From the IMG/VR virus record IMGVR_UViG_3300042268_000564: 64,000 nucleotides of DNA; one strand, given 5' to 3'. Positions 45,618 to 55,256 of the stretch are shown one piece after another (within the stretch, counting starts at the first letter, position 1; the number at the start of each line of letters is the position of its first letter). The translations under genes were made by a program, and so were the position numbers. The notes under the pieces are model-generated. The model saw nothing but the letters and a program-made list of their open reading frames with translations, did not search any database and was not told where the DNA came from. This DNA comes from a virus. Taxonomy: Duplodnaviria > Caudoviricetes.

Positions 45618-48600
45618 TGGACAACCGCTGGTTTTTGATTTTGTCACACAACAAGATTTGCCACAAGAAATAGGCAGGTTCCCGTCTTGCACGTCTCTTA
45701 ATGGTGAGTATTGTATTGTTGGTTATGGTGAAAATTTACCTCATGTTATCGCTCAAAATGCCGTTGGGGCTTGGGTGAATAATTATTATGAACAGACAGA
45801 CCATTCTACTTATACAGTTAAAGAGCAGTTACGCTTTAAGTGCAAGGGACGATTAAAGAGAGATAGTCTGGCGTCAATTGTGAAATGGCGAGTAAGATTG
45901 TTGAAGCAGGGGGTGCCTACGGGTATCTCAAAAGCTGGGGAATTTCAAGGACTTAACAGTGCGTCAAGTTTTGATATAAGCACTTATTTATGGTACCCGC
46001 AAACCTTTATTTTTAATAGTGTGAGATTGGATAATGGCGCGAATTATTCAGCGCAAATAAAATTTGAAGAATGGGTTGGGAGTTCTAAAATTGGCGAAAC
46101 GATTTGGTTTTCAACCGGGCACACAGTCAAGATAGCGATTAAAGCACCATCATTGTCTGTTGCATTAGGGCAGCCGATATATACGAATAATCCTACTTTA
46201 AGAGTCGAAGGAATTATTCACGGGAATTATCCTTATGTTGGCATGAGGAAAGACCTTGCATACGGCACGGGCGCTGCGGGGGCTGTTTTTTCTGCAAATG
46301 GTTCTGATTTGGATATAACCATCCCGACATCTGATAGAAAATATGGATTTGATATCAGCAGCTATGGAAACAAAAAGATGCGCATTGCTATAGCGGCAAA
46401 AGACGCTTATGGCAATGTTATGACACGTCCTGCAATAAGAGATGTTTGTTTTGATTTCGAGGCTCCTGCATTGTCATGGTCTGATGTAACACAAAGCGGG
46501 AGCGTCCTCACAGTAGAAGTAAAAGCAACAGATGTGTGGTCGGGCGTGGATGCGGCAACATGTGTGGCAAAGAATGTGTCTCATGGCGTTACGAAAGCGG
46601 CTACTTTTTTGGGACAAGATACTTATACTGTCGACATTCCTGTGATAGAAGGGCAGAACGTTATAACTTTTACTGCTGCCGACAGAGCAGGCAACTCAAG
46701 AACTATTGACAGGATTGTGCTGATAGACACTACAAAGCCCACAGTTGTTTGCAAAGAGGTCGTAGGAAAAGATAGCGCAAATGCCACGAAGACGTTGAGT
46801 TTTGTAGATGGGATGCGGGTATATGGCAATTCAATTACGGCGAGGTTTCTTGCTCAAGATGCAACTACGGGGCTGCAAGAAGTTATACTGGCACATAATG
46901 GTATGATTTATGGTTTTGATTATCAAGGTGAGCAGGCAGTTGTGTGCGAGCAAGTGTTTACTTTGATTGAGGGCAACAATGTAATTGCTTGGCAGGCAAC
47001 GGATAAACAAGGAAATGTAAATAATGGCGAGTCCGTTATAAGATATGCGCCATACAATGCAGGTGGTCCTGCCCTGACTGTTGTGTCACCAATTTTTAAC
47101 TCTTGGCAAACGAATGGTTGTTTGTGTGAAGGAACTGTGAATGATGCTGACGGCGTTGATGGTGTTAGGGTTGATGTGGCGTTAAATGACGGCGGCTTGC
47201 CTTATAAATCTTTTCTTACAACTGTAACGGGAAATTCTTGGTCTTGCGAGATGAATAATCTTGTCGATGGGACAGCTTATTTAACTATTGTTGCAAAGGA
47301 TTTAAAAGGTGTAGAGAATTCGTTGAAGCATAAAATAAGGGTTGATAATGTTTCGCCGGAGGTTACGGTTGTAGGAACTGTGCCATCAATGACAAATCAA
47401 AGTAATTTTTCTTTGAAAACGTATGCAGAGGAGCCAACTTCTTATCTTTCTAACTACAAATTGATTGTTAATGGGGTTGAAAAGGTGAATCATGTTTTTC
47501 AAGGAACCACTCAGTCGAACAAATTACAACCTCGAACAGATGTCGTAGCATTGAGCCAAGGTACAAATACGATTTCTGTTGTATATACCGATGCTACAGG
47601 GAATCAAGGACAAAAAGATTTTAGTATTGAACGAGTTAATCTAGCTGTAAATATTTCGGTTACGCCATCTGAAGGGACTCATATCTCTGAGCAGATGTTT
47701 GATTTTGTTGTGGCTGCTACAAGCCAAGAGCAGATTCAGCAGGTTCTCGTAGATTACTTGCCAAATAAGACCTCTGAACAGGCAAGAATAGACGGGGCTG
47801 GCTTTTATCGACTTGCGGCATCTACGATTAATTCAGTTTTGTGGCAAAATTCTTTTATGTTGAGTGCCGGTACGCCGTGTATAAATGTTGCAGGAAGTTA
47901 TGGCTCGCGAGTTTTGAGCGAACATTTTCCAGTTGCAAATTATACGATGAGGATAACTGCGGTTACTGCACTTGGGAATACTGAAGCTTTTTTTGGATAC
48001 ACAATGGATACAGCAGCAGATTTGCCAAGAGTAATTTCTATTACTCCGGCGGATGGCGCAAGTGGCGTATCGGCAAGCGTGCCAATAAAGATTGTATTTT
48101 CAAAGCCAATGAATACGACAGTTGCCTTACAGTTCATTTCTATTAATCCTCAACCACAAGGTGAATGGTATTGGTCTCAGGGGAATACAGTGGCGGAATT
48201 TATTCATACTCAGACATTTCAGAGCAATGTAGTTTACATCGAAGTAAATAGTGCCGCTAAGGATATTTACTCAAGGAATTTGGTGACAAGCTATTTTTCA
48301 AGTTTTTCTGTGAACCAACTTCCATTTGTAGAAAGTGTCTTGCCAAGTAATGGGGCGGGGTTGGATTCTGTGGTAGAGGTGAGATTTTCAACAAGGATGC
48401 TTTTAACATCGTTAGATTTTGTGGGCTTAAAGACAGTTAGCGGCGCATCTATTAATTGCGATTATTCTAATTTCGAGGATAATGGGAAAACAGTTTTAAG
48501 GCTTCGTCCGCAGGTTTTATTAACATATTCAACCAATTACATAGTGACCGTGCCAAGTTCTGTCACAAGCGTTTATGGACAGAATATCTCTGAACATCGG

Positions 48601-49239
48601 CATAGTTTTACAACAAGAATGGCAGGCAGTGTAACTGAGATGCAGGGGGCAACGGTTTTATTGCTGCCGGGGCTTAATGGTGTTTCTTTGCCGATGGAAA
48701 ATGCTGAGATTTATGATGAAAAAACATTGAGAAGTTATATTGATAAACAATTGGGGACAGGCAGCACTGGAACTATTTTCAGATATGACACACAATTAAA
48801 GAAGTGGACTGCAAAAATAGGGAATACATCTGGCAAAACATTTCTTTTTGGCGAGTCTGTTGTAGTGGCGATGAATATTGACACAGCAAAAACTGTGAGA
48901 TTTATTGGTTCTGCTCATCCAAATGGAAAAAATATTGTCATATCTGCTGGGTTGAATTGTATCAGCTTGCCAAGACAGGTTCAGGGATTGAATAGAGTCA
49001 AGGATATGGCAGCTCATATTGCAAGCCAGCTAGGGCTTAGTCAGTTGCCAGTATATTTAATTCGTAAAAAAGCTGGAAGCAGTAGCAAGATGGCAGTTGG
49101 CTATGCATACAGACTCCCTGTGACTCATGAGGGATTGTATTTGGAGACTGCTGATGAAGATATAAGAGGTGACGCTATTATTATTGTTTCGCCAAAATCT
49201 GGGTTTGTAAAGTTTAGTGGAGATTCATGGGAAAACTAA
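45601..49239 (+). CDS. Large multi-Ig-domain virion/fibre protein
   Basis: Repeated Ig-like units (EGQNVITFTAADRAGN, DTTKPTV), SbsA/Big_5-like units (ITPADGASGVS..IKIVFSKPMN) and two C-terminal GLN.(V/I)SLP units. Confidence 0.75.
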   Translation: MIGLDSGQPLVFDFVTQQDLPQEIGRFPSCTSLNGEYCIVGYGENLPHVIAQNAVGAWVNNYYEQTDHSTYTVKEQLRFKCKGRLKRDSLASIVKWRVRLLKQGVPTGISKAGEFQGLNSASSFDISTYLWYPQTFIFNSVRLDNGANYSAQIKFEEWVGSSKIGETIWFSTGHTVKIAIKAPSLSVALGQPIYTNNPTLRVEGIIHGNYPYVGMRKDLAYGTGAAGAVFSANGSDLDITIPTSDRKYGFDISSYGNKKMRIAIAAKDAYGNVMTRPAIRDVCFDFEAPALSWSDVTQSGSVLTVEVKATDVWSGVDAATCVAKNVSHGVTKAATFLGQDTYTVDIPVIEGQNVITFTAADRAGNSRTIDRIVLIDTTKPTVVCKEVVGKDSANATKTLSFVDGMRVYGNSITARFLAQDATTGLQEVILAHNGMIYGFDYQGEQAVVCEQVFTLIEGNNVIAWQATDKQGNVNNGESVIRYAPYNAGGPALTVVSPIFNSWQTNGCLCEGTVNDADGVDGVRVDVALNDGGLPYKSFLTTVTGNSWSCEMNNLVDGTAYLTIVAKDLKGVENSLKHKIRVDNVSPEVTVVGTVPSMTNQSNFSLKTYAEEPTSYLSNYKLIVNGVEKVNHVFQGTTQSNKLQPRTDVVALSQGTNTISVVYTDATGNQGQKDFSIERVNLAVNISVTPSEGTHISEQMFDFVVAATSQEQIQQVLVDYLPNKTSEQARIDGAGFYRLAASTINSVLWQNSFMLSAGTPCINVAGSYGSRVLSEHFPVANYTMRITAVTALGNTEAFFGYTMDTAADLPRVISITPADGASGVSASVPIKIVFSKPMNTTVALQFISINPQPQGEWYWSQGNTVAEFIHTQTFQSNVVYIEVNSAAKDIYSRNLVTSYFSSFSVNQLPFVESVLPSNGAGLDSVVEVRFSTRMLLTSLDFVGLKTVSGASINCDYSNFEDNGKTVLRLRPQVLLTYSTNYIVTVPSSVTSVYGQNISEHRHSFTTRMAGSVTEMQGATVLLLPGLNGVSLPMENAEIYDEKTLRSYIDKQLGTGSTGTIFRYDTQLKKWTAKIGNTSGKTFLFGESVVVAMNIDTAKTVRFIGSAHPNGKNIVISAGLNCISLPRQVQGLNRVKDMAAHIASQLGLSQLPVYLIRKKAGSSSKMAVGYAYRLPVTHEGLYLETADEDIRGDAIIIVSPKSGFVKFSGDSWEN

Positions 49240-49249
49240 GGGGGATGGC

Positions 49250-50059
49250 ATGGCAACGTCAGTTAAAGATTTTGTAATACAAGGTTACGTATATCAGGGC
49301 GGAAGTAAGATTCTTAACGGGTTTGTTCGATTAAGAAATACTAATTTGCCAGATGTTATAACTGTTGCAAGGATTGGTGTAATGAATGATGGCACCAGTA
49401 ATCCGCCAGTTACGGATGGCATTTATGACGCATGGTGGTCGTCTCTTGGAAATCCGAGCGCGCCAGATGTCGCCAGAGTCGGCGACATTTTTGAGGTCTC
49501 TGTTTACGAACTTGATTCTGTCGCTGACATTAATCTTCCAGTGGAACTTTTAATGGAGCCAGTTGGCACTTTGGATGCCCCGATAATTCCTGCATTTAAT
49601 ATTTCAGCAGTTACTCAAGCCCATATTGACGCTGGCATGATGATTTATGATGTGTATGCTGCGGCGAATTCACTTCCTCAAGCTGTTACAATCGTGCCTG
49701 AAGATTTAGAAAATGGGTATAATTTGCGCTTTACAAATAATTCAACTGTCAAATGGGTGTGGACGATTCCGGCAGATAATGAGAACCAGCCCATTCATTT
49801 TAAAGTTGAATGGAGTAAAGACCCATCATTCCCGTCTACACCGGGAGTGGTTGGCGTTGCAACAACTTTGCCTACAGACCCTACAAGAACATTGTTTAAG
49901 TATGAATACAATCCTAATGTGTTTGGCGCATTTCCAAGCACGGGTGTTGAGAATCGGACTGGCTGGCGATGCATGTTGCAAATGAATTTGGGAAGCAGCT
50001 TGTCAAATGATGGGGAATATTATTGGCGAGTAAGTGCTACCGATGGCACAACTACTTGA
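49250..50059 (+). CDS. Structural protein: beta-sandwich plus FN3-like domain
   Basis: N-terminal FVIQGYVY...VGDIFEVSV; C-terminal WTIPADNENQPIHFKVEW...YYWRVSATD. Start refined (track 49217). Confidence 0.6.
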   Translation: MATSVKDFVIQGYVYQGGSKILNGFVRLRNTNLPDVITVARIGVMNDGTSNPPVTDGIYDAWWSSLGNPSAPDVARVGDIFEVSVYELDSVADINLPVELLMEPVGTLDAPIIPAFNISAVTQAHIDAGMMIYDVYAAANSLPQAVTIVPEDLENGYNLRFTNNSTVKWVWTIPADNENQPIHFKVEWSKDPSFPSTPGVVGVATTLPTDPTRTLFKYEYNPNVFGAFPSTGVENRTGWRCMLQMNLGSSLSNDGEYYWRVSATDGTTT

Positions 50060-50092
50060 TAAAGTATTTAAAAAAGCGAAGGAGATTCTTGT

Positions 50093-50635
50093 ATGCCAGT
50101 AACAGGTCATAAAATTTATTGGAATACTGCGCCACAAATTAATGGTATGACGAATACAGCACATCCTGTTAATTCGGCATATAATTCGCCTATTGACATA
50201 TCATCGTTGCCGGGGTTTGACATAAATAATCCCAATTCAATTGTATTGCCGGGTGATTTTTGGGTAAATCAGTTTGCCTCTACAGGGATTTATGTTCGGA
50301 TAGGTGTTTTTGATGGAACTAGTTTAGCGGGGCTGTCCAGAGTGATGAAGATTAAACATTATGGGAAGATTTTTACGGGTGTTGGGCAATATTTCCCATT
50401 TTGTATGCCGCTTGATGATGGGAATGTCAAAACAGTTAAAGAAACATGTGTCACAATAAATAGTACGGGGGCTTTTTTCAAAACTAATGCAGGACAGTGG
50501 AAATATACGACGCCTGCATATTTGACAGTAGATGATTCTCCTATTATGGATGGGATGCGGGGTGCTTTATTCCTAAAGCCTGACGACGAGGGTGTTATTT
50601 CTTGGCTAGGAAAGCCTTGGCGAAAGGAGCCTTAA
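50093..50635 (+). CDS. Hypothetical structural protein
   Basis: RBS aaggag; C-terminal domain ending ISWLGKPW, similar to ORFs 45601 and 52086. Confidence 0.55.
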   Translation: MPVTGHKIYWNTAPQINGMTNTAHPVNSAYNSPIDISSLPGFDINNPNSIVLPGDFWVNQFASTGIYVRIGVFDGTSLAGLSRVMKIKHYGKIFTGVGQYFPFCMPLDDGNVKTVKETCVTINSTGAFFKTNAGQWKYTTPAYLTVDDSPIMDGMRGALFLKPDDEGVISWLGKPWRKEP

Positions 50636-50637
50636 TT

Positions 50638-50988
50638 ATGTTGCCATTATTTGGTTTTGAAGGAATGGTTTGGAAAGATGAGGCTCGCACAGTACCATTG
50701 GCGGGTGAATATTACATACGTTGTGTGAATAAGCGCAACAAAATGTGGGATGCAGACGCTCTAGGAATAGAGGACGGGGCTTTTGCTACTGAAGGGCATT
50801 TTAGCCTTTGCTTGGCAGATTTAAAAGGAAATGATGCCGTAAAAGCTGGCGATGAGATTGAATTTTTTATTTTTAAAAAGCCATACAATGAAGTGCGTTT
50901 ATGTAATCTTGGTAGTCACATTGTTACTGCGCAAGACATGAAGGTCGCTGGCGTGGCGATTGAATTTGTTGCAGGAGAAGAGTTATGA
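50638..50988 (+). CDS. Small beta-sandwich structural protein
   Basis: ATG after aaggag (track 50602); FGFEGMV...VKAGDEIEFFI parallels the N-terminus of ORF 49250. Confidence 0.55.
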   Translation: MLPLFGFEGMVWKDEARTVPLAGEYYIRCVNKRNKMWDADALGIEDGAFATEGHFSLCLADLKGNDAVKAGDEIEFFIFKKPYNEVRLCNLGSHIVTAQDMKVAGVAIEFVAGEEL

Positions 50989-51443
50989 CCGACCTGTATA
51001 AGCCAATTGTGAACGGAAAGATAGTCGGTGGCAGGAAGTTATTAATTCAAGCCATTGACAAAGAATTTTCTGAGAATTTGACTGGGAGTTATAGTGGCGA
51101 CAATACAGTTGACACTAGGCAATTTAAGGCTGTGATAGAGCAGGCTCGTGGTTCAGATGTTATTGCTGGTTGGATGTTGCAATCGCAACATTTATTACCT
51201 CAGTTGCCCGTAAATTCTGAGATATGGCTGTTGGCAGGAAAGGTTAATTATGTTGACATGACCTGCCGAGGGACTATCAAGAGGATGTCTAGCTTGGGCA
51301 GATTGTTGGGGCAGATGAATTTCAGGGCTGTTGTAGGTGAGGGTTCAATTTCTTTGGAAATTATAGGCTTGAGAGGTCAGATTATTTTTAATAAGCAGCC
51401 AGATGCCTATCAAAAGCCAGAATATAGGGTGGTAGAACCATGA
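50985..51443 (+). CDS. Hypothetical protein
   Basis: ATGA overlap with upstream gene; ggag RBS. Confidence 0.55.
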   Translation: MTDLYKPIVNGKIVGGRKLLIQAIDKEFSENLTGSYSGDNTVDTRQFKAVIEQARGSDVIAGWMLQSQHLLPQLPVNSEIWLLAGKVNYVDMTCRGTIKRMSSLGRLLGQMNFRAVVGEGSISLEIIGLRGQIIFNKQPDAYQKPEYRVVEP

Positions 51444-52075
51444 CAGTAAGTAAAATTTTTTATAGATTTATAGAATCGCCGGATGGTGATGATTCAATTA
51501 AAGAAGTTGCAGCCCCTGAAGATAGCGTAATGTTTTCTCACTTATTGGAGCCAATTGAAAAGGGCAATTATAAAGTCGAATATTGGGCACTTGATGATTC
51601 AGGGAAAGAGTCTGATAAGAAATATGCAATTTTAAAAGTTGGTGCTAATGTGAGTCCGAAACCTTATAAGGGCGGATTGTTCACACCCAATGAGATTGGC
51701 GACGGTGTTACTCAGGTGTTTTTTAAGAATTGCAATATCACACTTGAGTTTAATCGAGACGTGACGGGGCTTGGCGTGTTTTTCGATTGGGCTAGTCTCA
51801 ATTTGCAGGATATAGTTGTGGAGCAGGACAGATTAGAGATTCCTGCGAATAGTTGGCTTTATAAACAAATGGTAGAGGCTAAATCATCTTTTTCTGCGAA
51901 ATTTTATTCATCTTGTAAAAAGAAACTTGTTGTAAAAAAACAGGGCGGCGAATTTGTAGCCATGAAGAATGGTTTAGTAAATCCTTTGGTGGCGGATATG
52001 ATTTCTGACTTGGCGGTAGACGGACGAACTACATCTTTTCGAGTTTTGAAGCCTGCTATATTTTTGATGAGATGA
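51440..52075 (+). CDS. Hypothetical protein with N-terminal Ig-like element
   Basis: GNYKVEYWALDDSGKES motif; ATGA overlap. Confidence 0.55.
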   Translation: MTVSKIFYRFIESPDGDDSIKEVAAPEDSVMFSHLLEPIEKGNYKVEYWALDDSGKESDKKYAILKVGANVSPKPYKGGLFTPNEIGDGVTQVFFKNCNITLEFNRDVTGLGVFFDWASLNLQDIVVEQDRLEIPANSWLYKQMVEAKSSFSAKFYSSCKKKLVVKKQGGEFVAMKNGLVNPLVADMISDLAVDGRTTSFRVLKPAIFLMR

Positions 52076-52085
52076 GAGGTGTAAT

Positions 52086-53120
52086 ATGGCATTAGTTAAC
52101 GGGACTGAATATTTTTATTCGATTTACTTTTATGATGCAAGTGGGAATTACACTCGTCTCGACTCTTCGGCTATTCCTGAGTTAAATATCCCTGCGCCAG
52201 TGATGACATCATTAGTCTCGGGGGACAATCAATTGACTCTGACATGGGACAAGGTGGATTTATCGGGGAATGATGTGGACAGCTATAAAGTTTACTACGG
52301 ATTTGCTCCGGGAGACTACTCTTTTACGAAGTCGGTATTGTTGACTGATGCTGGCTTTGACCCTGAGAATCCATCAATTACGTTGACAGACAACATTTTT
52401 AATAATACGACTTATTGGGTGACTGTGTCTGCAACTTATGCCAGCAATGAGTCTGCTTATGCGGCGCCAGAACTTAGCGCAACGCCAGCATTGGTGTCAC
52501 TTGTGCCGCAGCCGCAGAATGTTTATGCTGTTGCGGGTGATGCAGCATTTAGAATCAAATGGGACAATGATGCGAGTGTTGATAAGTGGATAGTGATGTA
52601 TGATACCGCTACGCCGCCAATAACCAATGCAGTAGAAATATTGCCGGGGCAGGTTCAAATTGACCCCGGTGACGGGATGGCATATTTTGACGTTTTGCAT
52701 GTCGACGGGGTAACACCTGTAGTTAATGACACTTTGTATTTTGTCCGAATGTGGGCTGAGATAACTGGTGCTGCTGAACAAAGTCCGGGTTCTGAAATTG
52801 TTTCAGTATTCCCGCAAGAGGGTTTGGTTGGATTTGTTGACGGGCTTTATGCTTATTCGGTGCCGTATTATGAAAATATTGTCGGCGTTCCTCTGGCAAC
52901 AACAAGTATGGACACTCTGGACGCAATGACAACTACAATGCAGAGTCCTTATACAATCTATTATGACACGTCATTCAATACATACATCCCGGGACTTAGT
53001 CAGGGTGGCGACACAGTTGTTTCAGGCGCGACGGCTTATATTGTAGGAGCATCTGATTTGTCGGGTGAGGATATTATAGTGACTGGTGATGACTGGAGCA
53101 ATGACATTACAAGTTTGTAA
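52086..53120 (+). CDS. FN3-domain structural protein
   Basis: Two FN3-like units (SGDNQLTLTWD..SYKVYYG..NNTTYWVTVSA; AGDAAFRIKWD..NDTLYFVRM); C-terminus ends VTGDDW. Confidence 0.7.
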   Translation: MALVNGTEYFYSIYFYDASGNYTRLDSSAIPELNIPAPVMTSLVSGDNQLTLTWDKVDLSGNDVDSYKVYYGFAPGDYSFTKSVLLTDAGFDPENPSITLTDNIFNNTTYWVTVSATYASNESAYAAPELSATPALVSLVPQPQNVYAVAGDAAFRIKWDNDASVDKWIVMYDTATPPITNAVEILPGQVQIDPGDGMAYFDVLHVDGVTPVVNDTLYFVRMWAEITGAAEQSPGSEIVSVFPQEGLVGFVDGLYAYSVPYYENIVGVPLATTSMDTLDAMTTTMQSPYTIYYDTSFNTYIPGLSQGGDTVVSGATAYIVGASDLSGEDIIVTGDDWSNDITSL

Positions 53121-53135
53121 GATAAGGGGAGAATT

Positions 53136-54272
53136 ATGGCGATTGTAAGAAATGTAATAGCCAAAGCAGGCTATCATAAAGTGGGTGTTGCATGGTTAGC
53201 CCCATTAGATGTGTTTGACCATGTCCGTGTATTGTATAAATTGGGCAGTGCGCCAGCAAATGATACTGATGGGACTTATGTAGATTATTCAATCGGCGAC
53301 CCTGAAATAAGTGTTGATTTCGGCGACTCTTTAGGACTTGGTGGCTATTTTCAATATGAAAGTTCTGATGTCGCTACACCTGTTTATTTCCAAATTTATA
53401 CTTATGCTACACCGGATGACCCTGCGCCTGAAATGGTTCAAAAAACTGCGGCACCGGGCGCTGGCGGACTAAAGATAAGTCCTTATGCGGGGACTTTGCA
53501 AGACCAAACAGGTGTACCAATTGTTGTAGGAACTGATACATGGCTTGTTAAAGCGGTGAATGCTCGTTTGAATCCATTGGTTAGCCCCGGCGATTTGTTT
53601 TATGAGCTGGAGTCTAATGCGATTACAGACGAGAATTTTGTCATTGATTCTTTGAATAATGGAATTAGTGTTGTGACGGATTACGCTGACGACCTTTTGT
53701 GGCATGATGACACAATCGTATTTGAAGTTTGGAAGAATGGCAGTAAACTTTATCAATCATCCAAAAAAATTAATCTGTATCAAGCGACTCACTCTTATAC
53801 GCAGTTCCCGGGTGGCACTGGCGACCCAGACCTTCTTTCACAGTTGATATTGCAGGCTCCTGCGAATCAGCTTCCGTTGGCACCTGACATTGTTGCAGGA
53901 CAGGATACAAGCACGACTGATTTGACGCCAACTGTTATGTGGTATCACAGGGCGGATATTGATAATGTAAATAATGAAATTCATTATGCAGTAGAGTATG
54001 CCACTGCACAGACATTGGTTGGCGGAAGTATGCAGGTTGATGATACTCATGCATCTTATCGGGCATTTCTTTCAATTGACAACCCAGAATATTTTGAATA
54101 TTCAACCGATGGCGGTTCTACTTGGACATCATTTACAACTCTTGCGGGGGCAGGTTTGGTTTTGGCAGAGGATAGTCAGAATCAAGTTCGTTGCACAGTG
54201 CCTGCTGCGAGTGAATTGAGTGTGGGACAATGGTATTGGCAAGTGCGTGCGACTGACAAGACTCTTGCCTAA
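53136..54272 (+). CDS. FN3-like structural protein
   Basis: DLTPTVMW..ADID..IHYAVEY...WYWQVRATD. Confidence 0.65.
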   Translation: MAIVRNVIAKAGYHKVGVAWLAPLDVFDHVRVLYKLGSAPANDTDGTYVDYSIGDPEISVDFGDSLGLGGYFQYESSDVATPVYFQIYTYATPDDPAPEMVQKTAAPGAGGLKISPYAGTLQDQTGVPIVVGTDTWLVKAVNARLNPLVSPGDLFYELESNAITDENFVIDSLNNGISVVTDYADDLLWHDDTIVFEVWKNGSKLYQSSKKINLYQATHSYTQFPGGTGDPDLLSQLILQAPANQLPLAPDIVAGQDTSTTDLTPTVMWYHRADIDNVNNEIHYAVEYATAQTLVGGSMQVDDTHASYRAFLSIDNPEYFEYSTDGGSTWTSFTTLAGAGLVLAEDSQNQVRCTVPAASELSVGQWYWQVRATDKTLA

Positions 54273-54294
54273 TTAAGTATAAAGGAGCGAGGTA

Positions 54295-54567
54295 ATGGCA
54301 ACCCCTAAACCACCTGTCTTGGTTACACCTGCGGACGCAATGATTACGGTCGACACGTCGCCTGTTTTTCGCTGGCAAGTGCCGGAAGGTGAAGAGGGTG
54401 CTCGGTATGATTTTCTATTGGAAATTGCCGAGGACAGGGACTTTACTAAGAATGTTAGACGATTCAACTCATTTGAGAGCAAAGAAGGATTTTCGTTTAA
54501 CACGCCAAGAGAAGCAAATTCGGGAGAAATAGTGTCCTTCGTATTGCCGGAGCCTTTAGTGACTTAA
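54295..54567 (+). CDS. Small truncated FN3-like protein
   Basis: PVLVTPAD...PVFRWQVP...YDFLLEIA...GFSF; lacks the final YWRVRA strand seen in its paralogs. Confidence 0.6.
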   Translation: MATPKPPVLVTPADAMITVDTSPVFRWQVPEGEEGARYDFLLEIAEDRDFTKNVRRFNSFESKEGFSFNTPREANSGEIVSFVLPEPLVT

Positions 54568-54597
54568 TTATTTGACCATTGTTTTATATAAAGGAAT

Positions 54598-54624
54598 GCA
54601 GGACAGTTGAGCGTCCTGCTTTTT
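54598..54624 (+). terminator. Intrinsic terminator before dUTPase
   Basis: gcaggac-agttgagc-gtcctgc-ttttt. Confidence 0.7.
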
Positions 54625-54681
54625 CCTTTTTTAGTTTGTTCGGTAGGTAATATAAAAGAAATTAACCGGAAGGAAAAAGTT

Positions 54682-55161
54682 ATGGAATTAATGACTATCG
54701 AACAGATTAATATGAAAAATAATATCATTTTTACGAAAATACACCCGAAAGCGAAGATGCCAAAAAAGGCAACTGATGGTGCTTGTGCATATGACCTTTA
54801 TGCAGTAGAAGATGTTGTTCTTGAGCCAATGGACGTGACGCTTGTAAAGACAGGAATCAAAGGTAAAGTTCCTGAAAATTTTGAAGTTCAAGTTCGTTCC
54901 AGAAGTGGACTGTCTTTGAAAAAAGTTTTTGTTTTGAACTCGCCGGGGACCATTGACGAAGATTACTTGGGTGAATGGGGAGTTATTTTGTTCAACATCG
55001 GCAAAGAGCCTTTTAAAGTTGAAGCAGGTATGCGCATTGCTCAAGCAAAAATTTCTGCATGTGTAAAAGGAGTGAATTTTGTTGAAGTTGCGCAAGATGA
55101 ATTTGCCAAAATAACTACCGCAAGAGGTGAGGGTGGCTTTAATAGCACGGGCTTGAAATAA
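54682..55161 (+). CDS. dut: Trimeric dUTP diphosphatase
   Basis: Five dUTPase motifs: ACAYDL, RSRSGL, GTIDEDYLGE, RIAQ, RGEGGFNSTG. Start refined to the ATG after aagga (track 54607). Confidence 0.96.
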   Translation: MELMTIEQINMKNNIIFTKIHPKAKMPKKATDGACAYDLYAVEDVVLEPMDVTLVKTGIKGKVPENFEVQVRSRSGLSLKKVFVLNSPGTIDEDYLGEWGVILFNIGKEPFKVEAGMRIAQAKISACVKGVNFVEVAQDEFAKITTARGEGGFNSTGLK

Positions 55162-55184
55162 AAGCCTTGTCAGAAGGTAATATG

Positions 55185-55218
55185 AATAAGAGGGGCACAA
55201 AATCCCCTCTTATTTTTT
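55185..55218 (+). terminator. Intrinsic terminator after dUTPase
   Basis: aataagagggg-cacaaaat-cccctcttatttttt. Confidence 0.88.
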
Positions 55219-55226
55219 ATCAAAGA

Positions 55227-55245
55227 AAGAAACTATTAAACAGGG
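55227..55245 (+). promoter_or_regulatory. Candidate phage late promoter motif, copy 2
   Basis: aagaaactattaaacaggg, 17/19 identical to 17552-17570. Confidence 0.5.
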
Positions 55246-55256
55246 TAGATATATAA

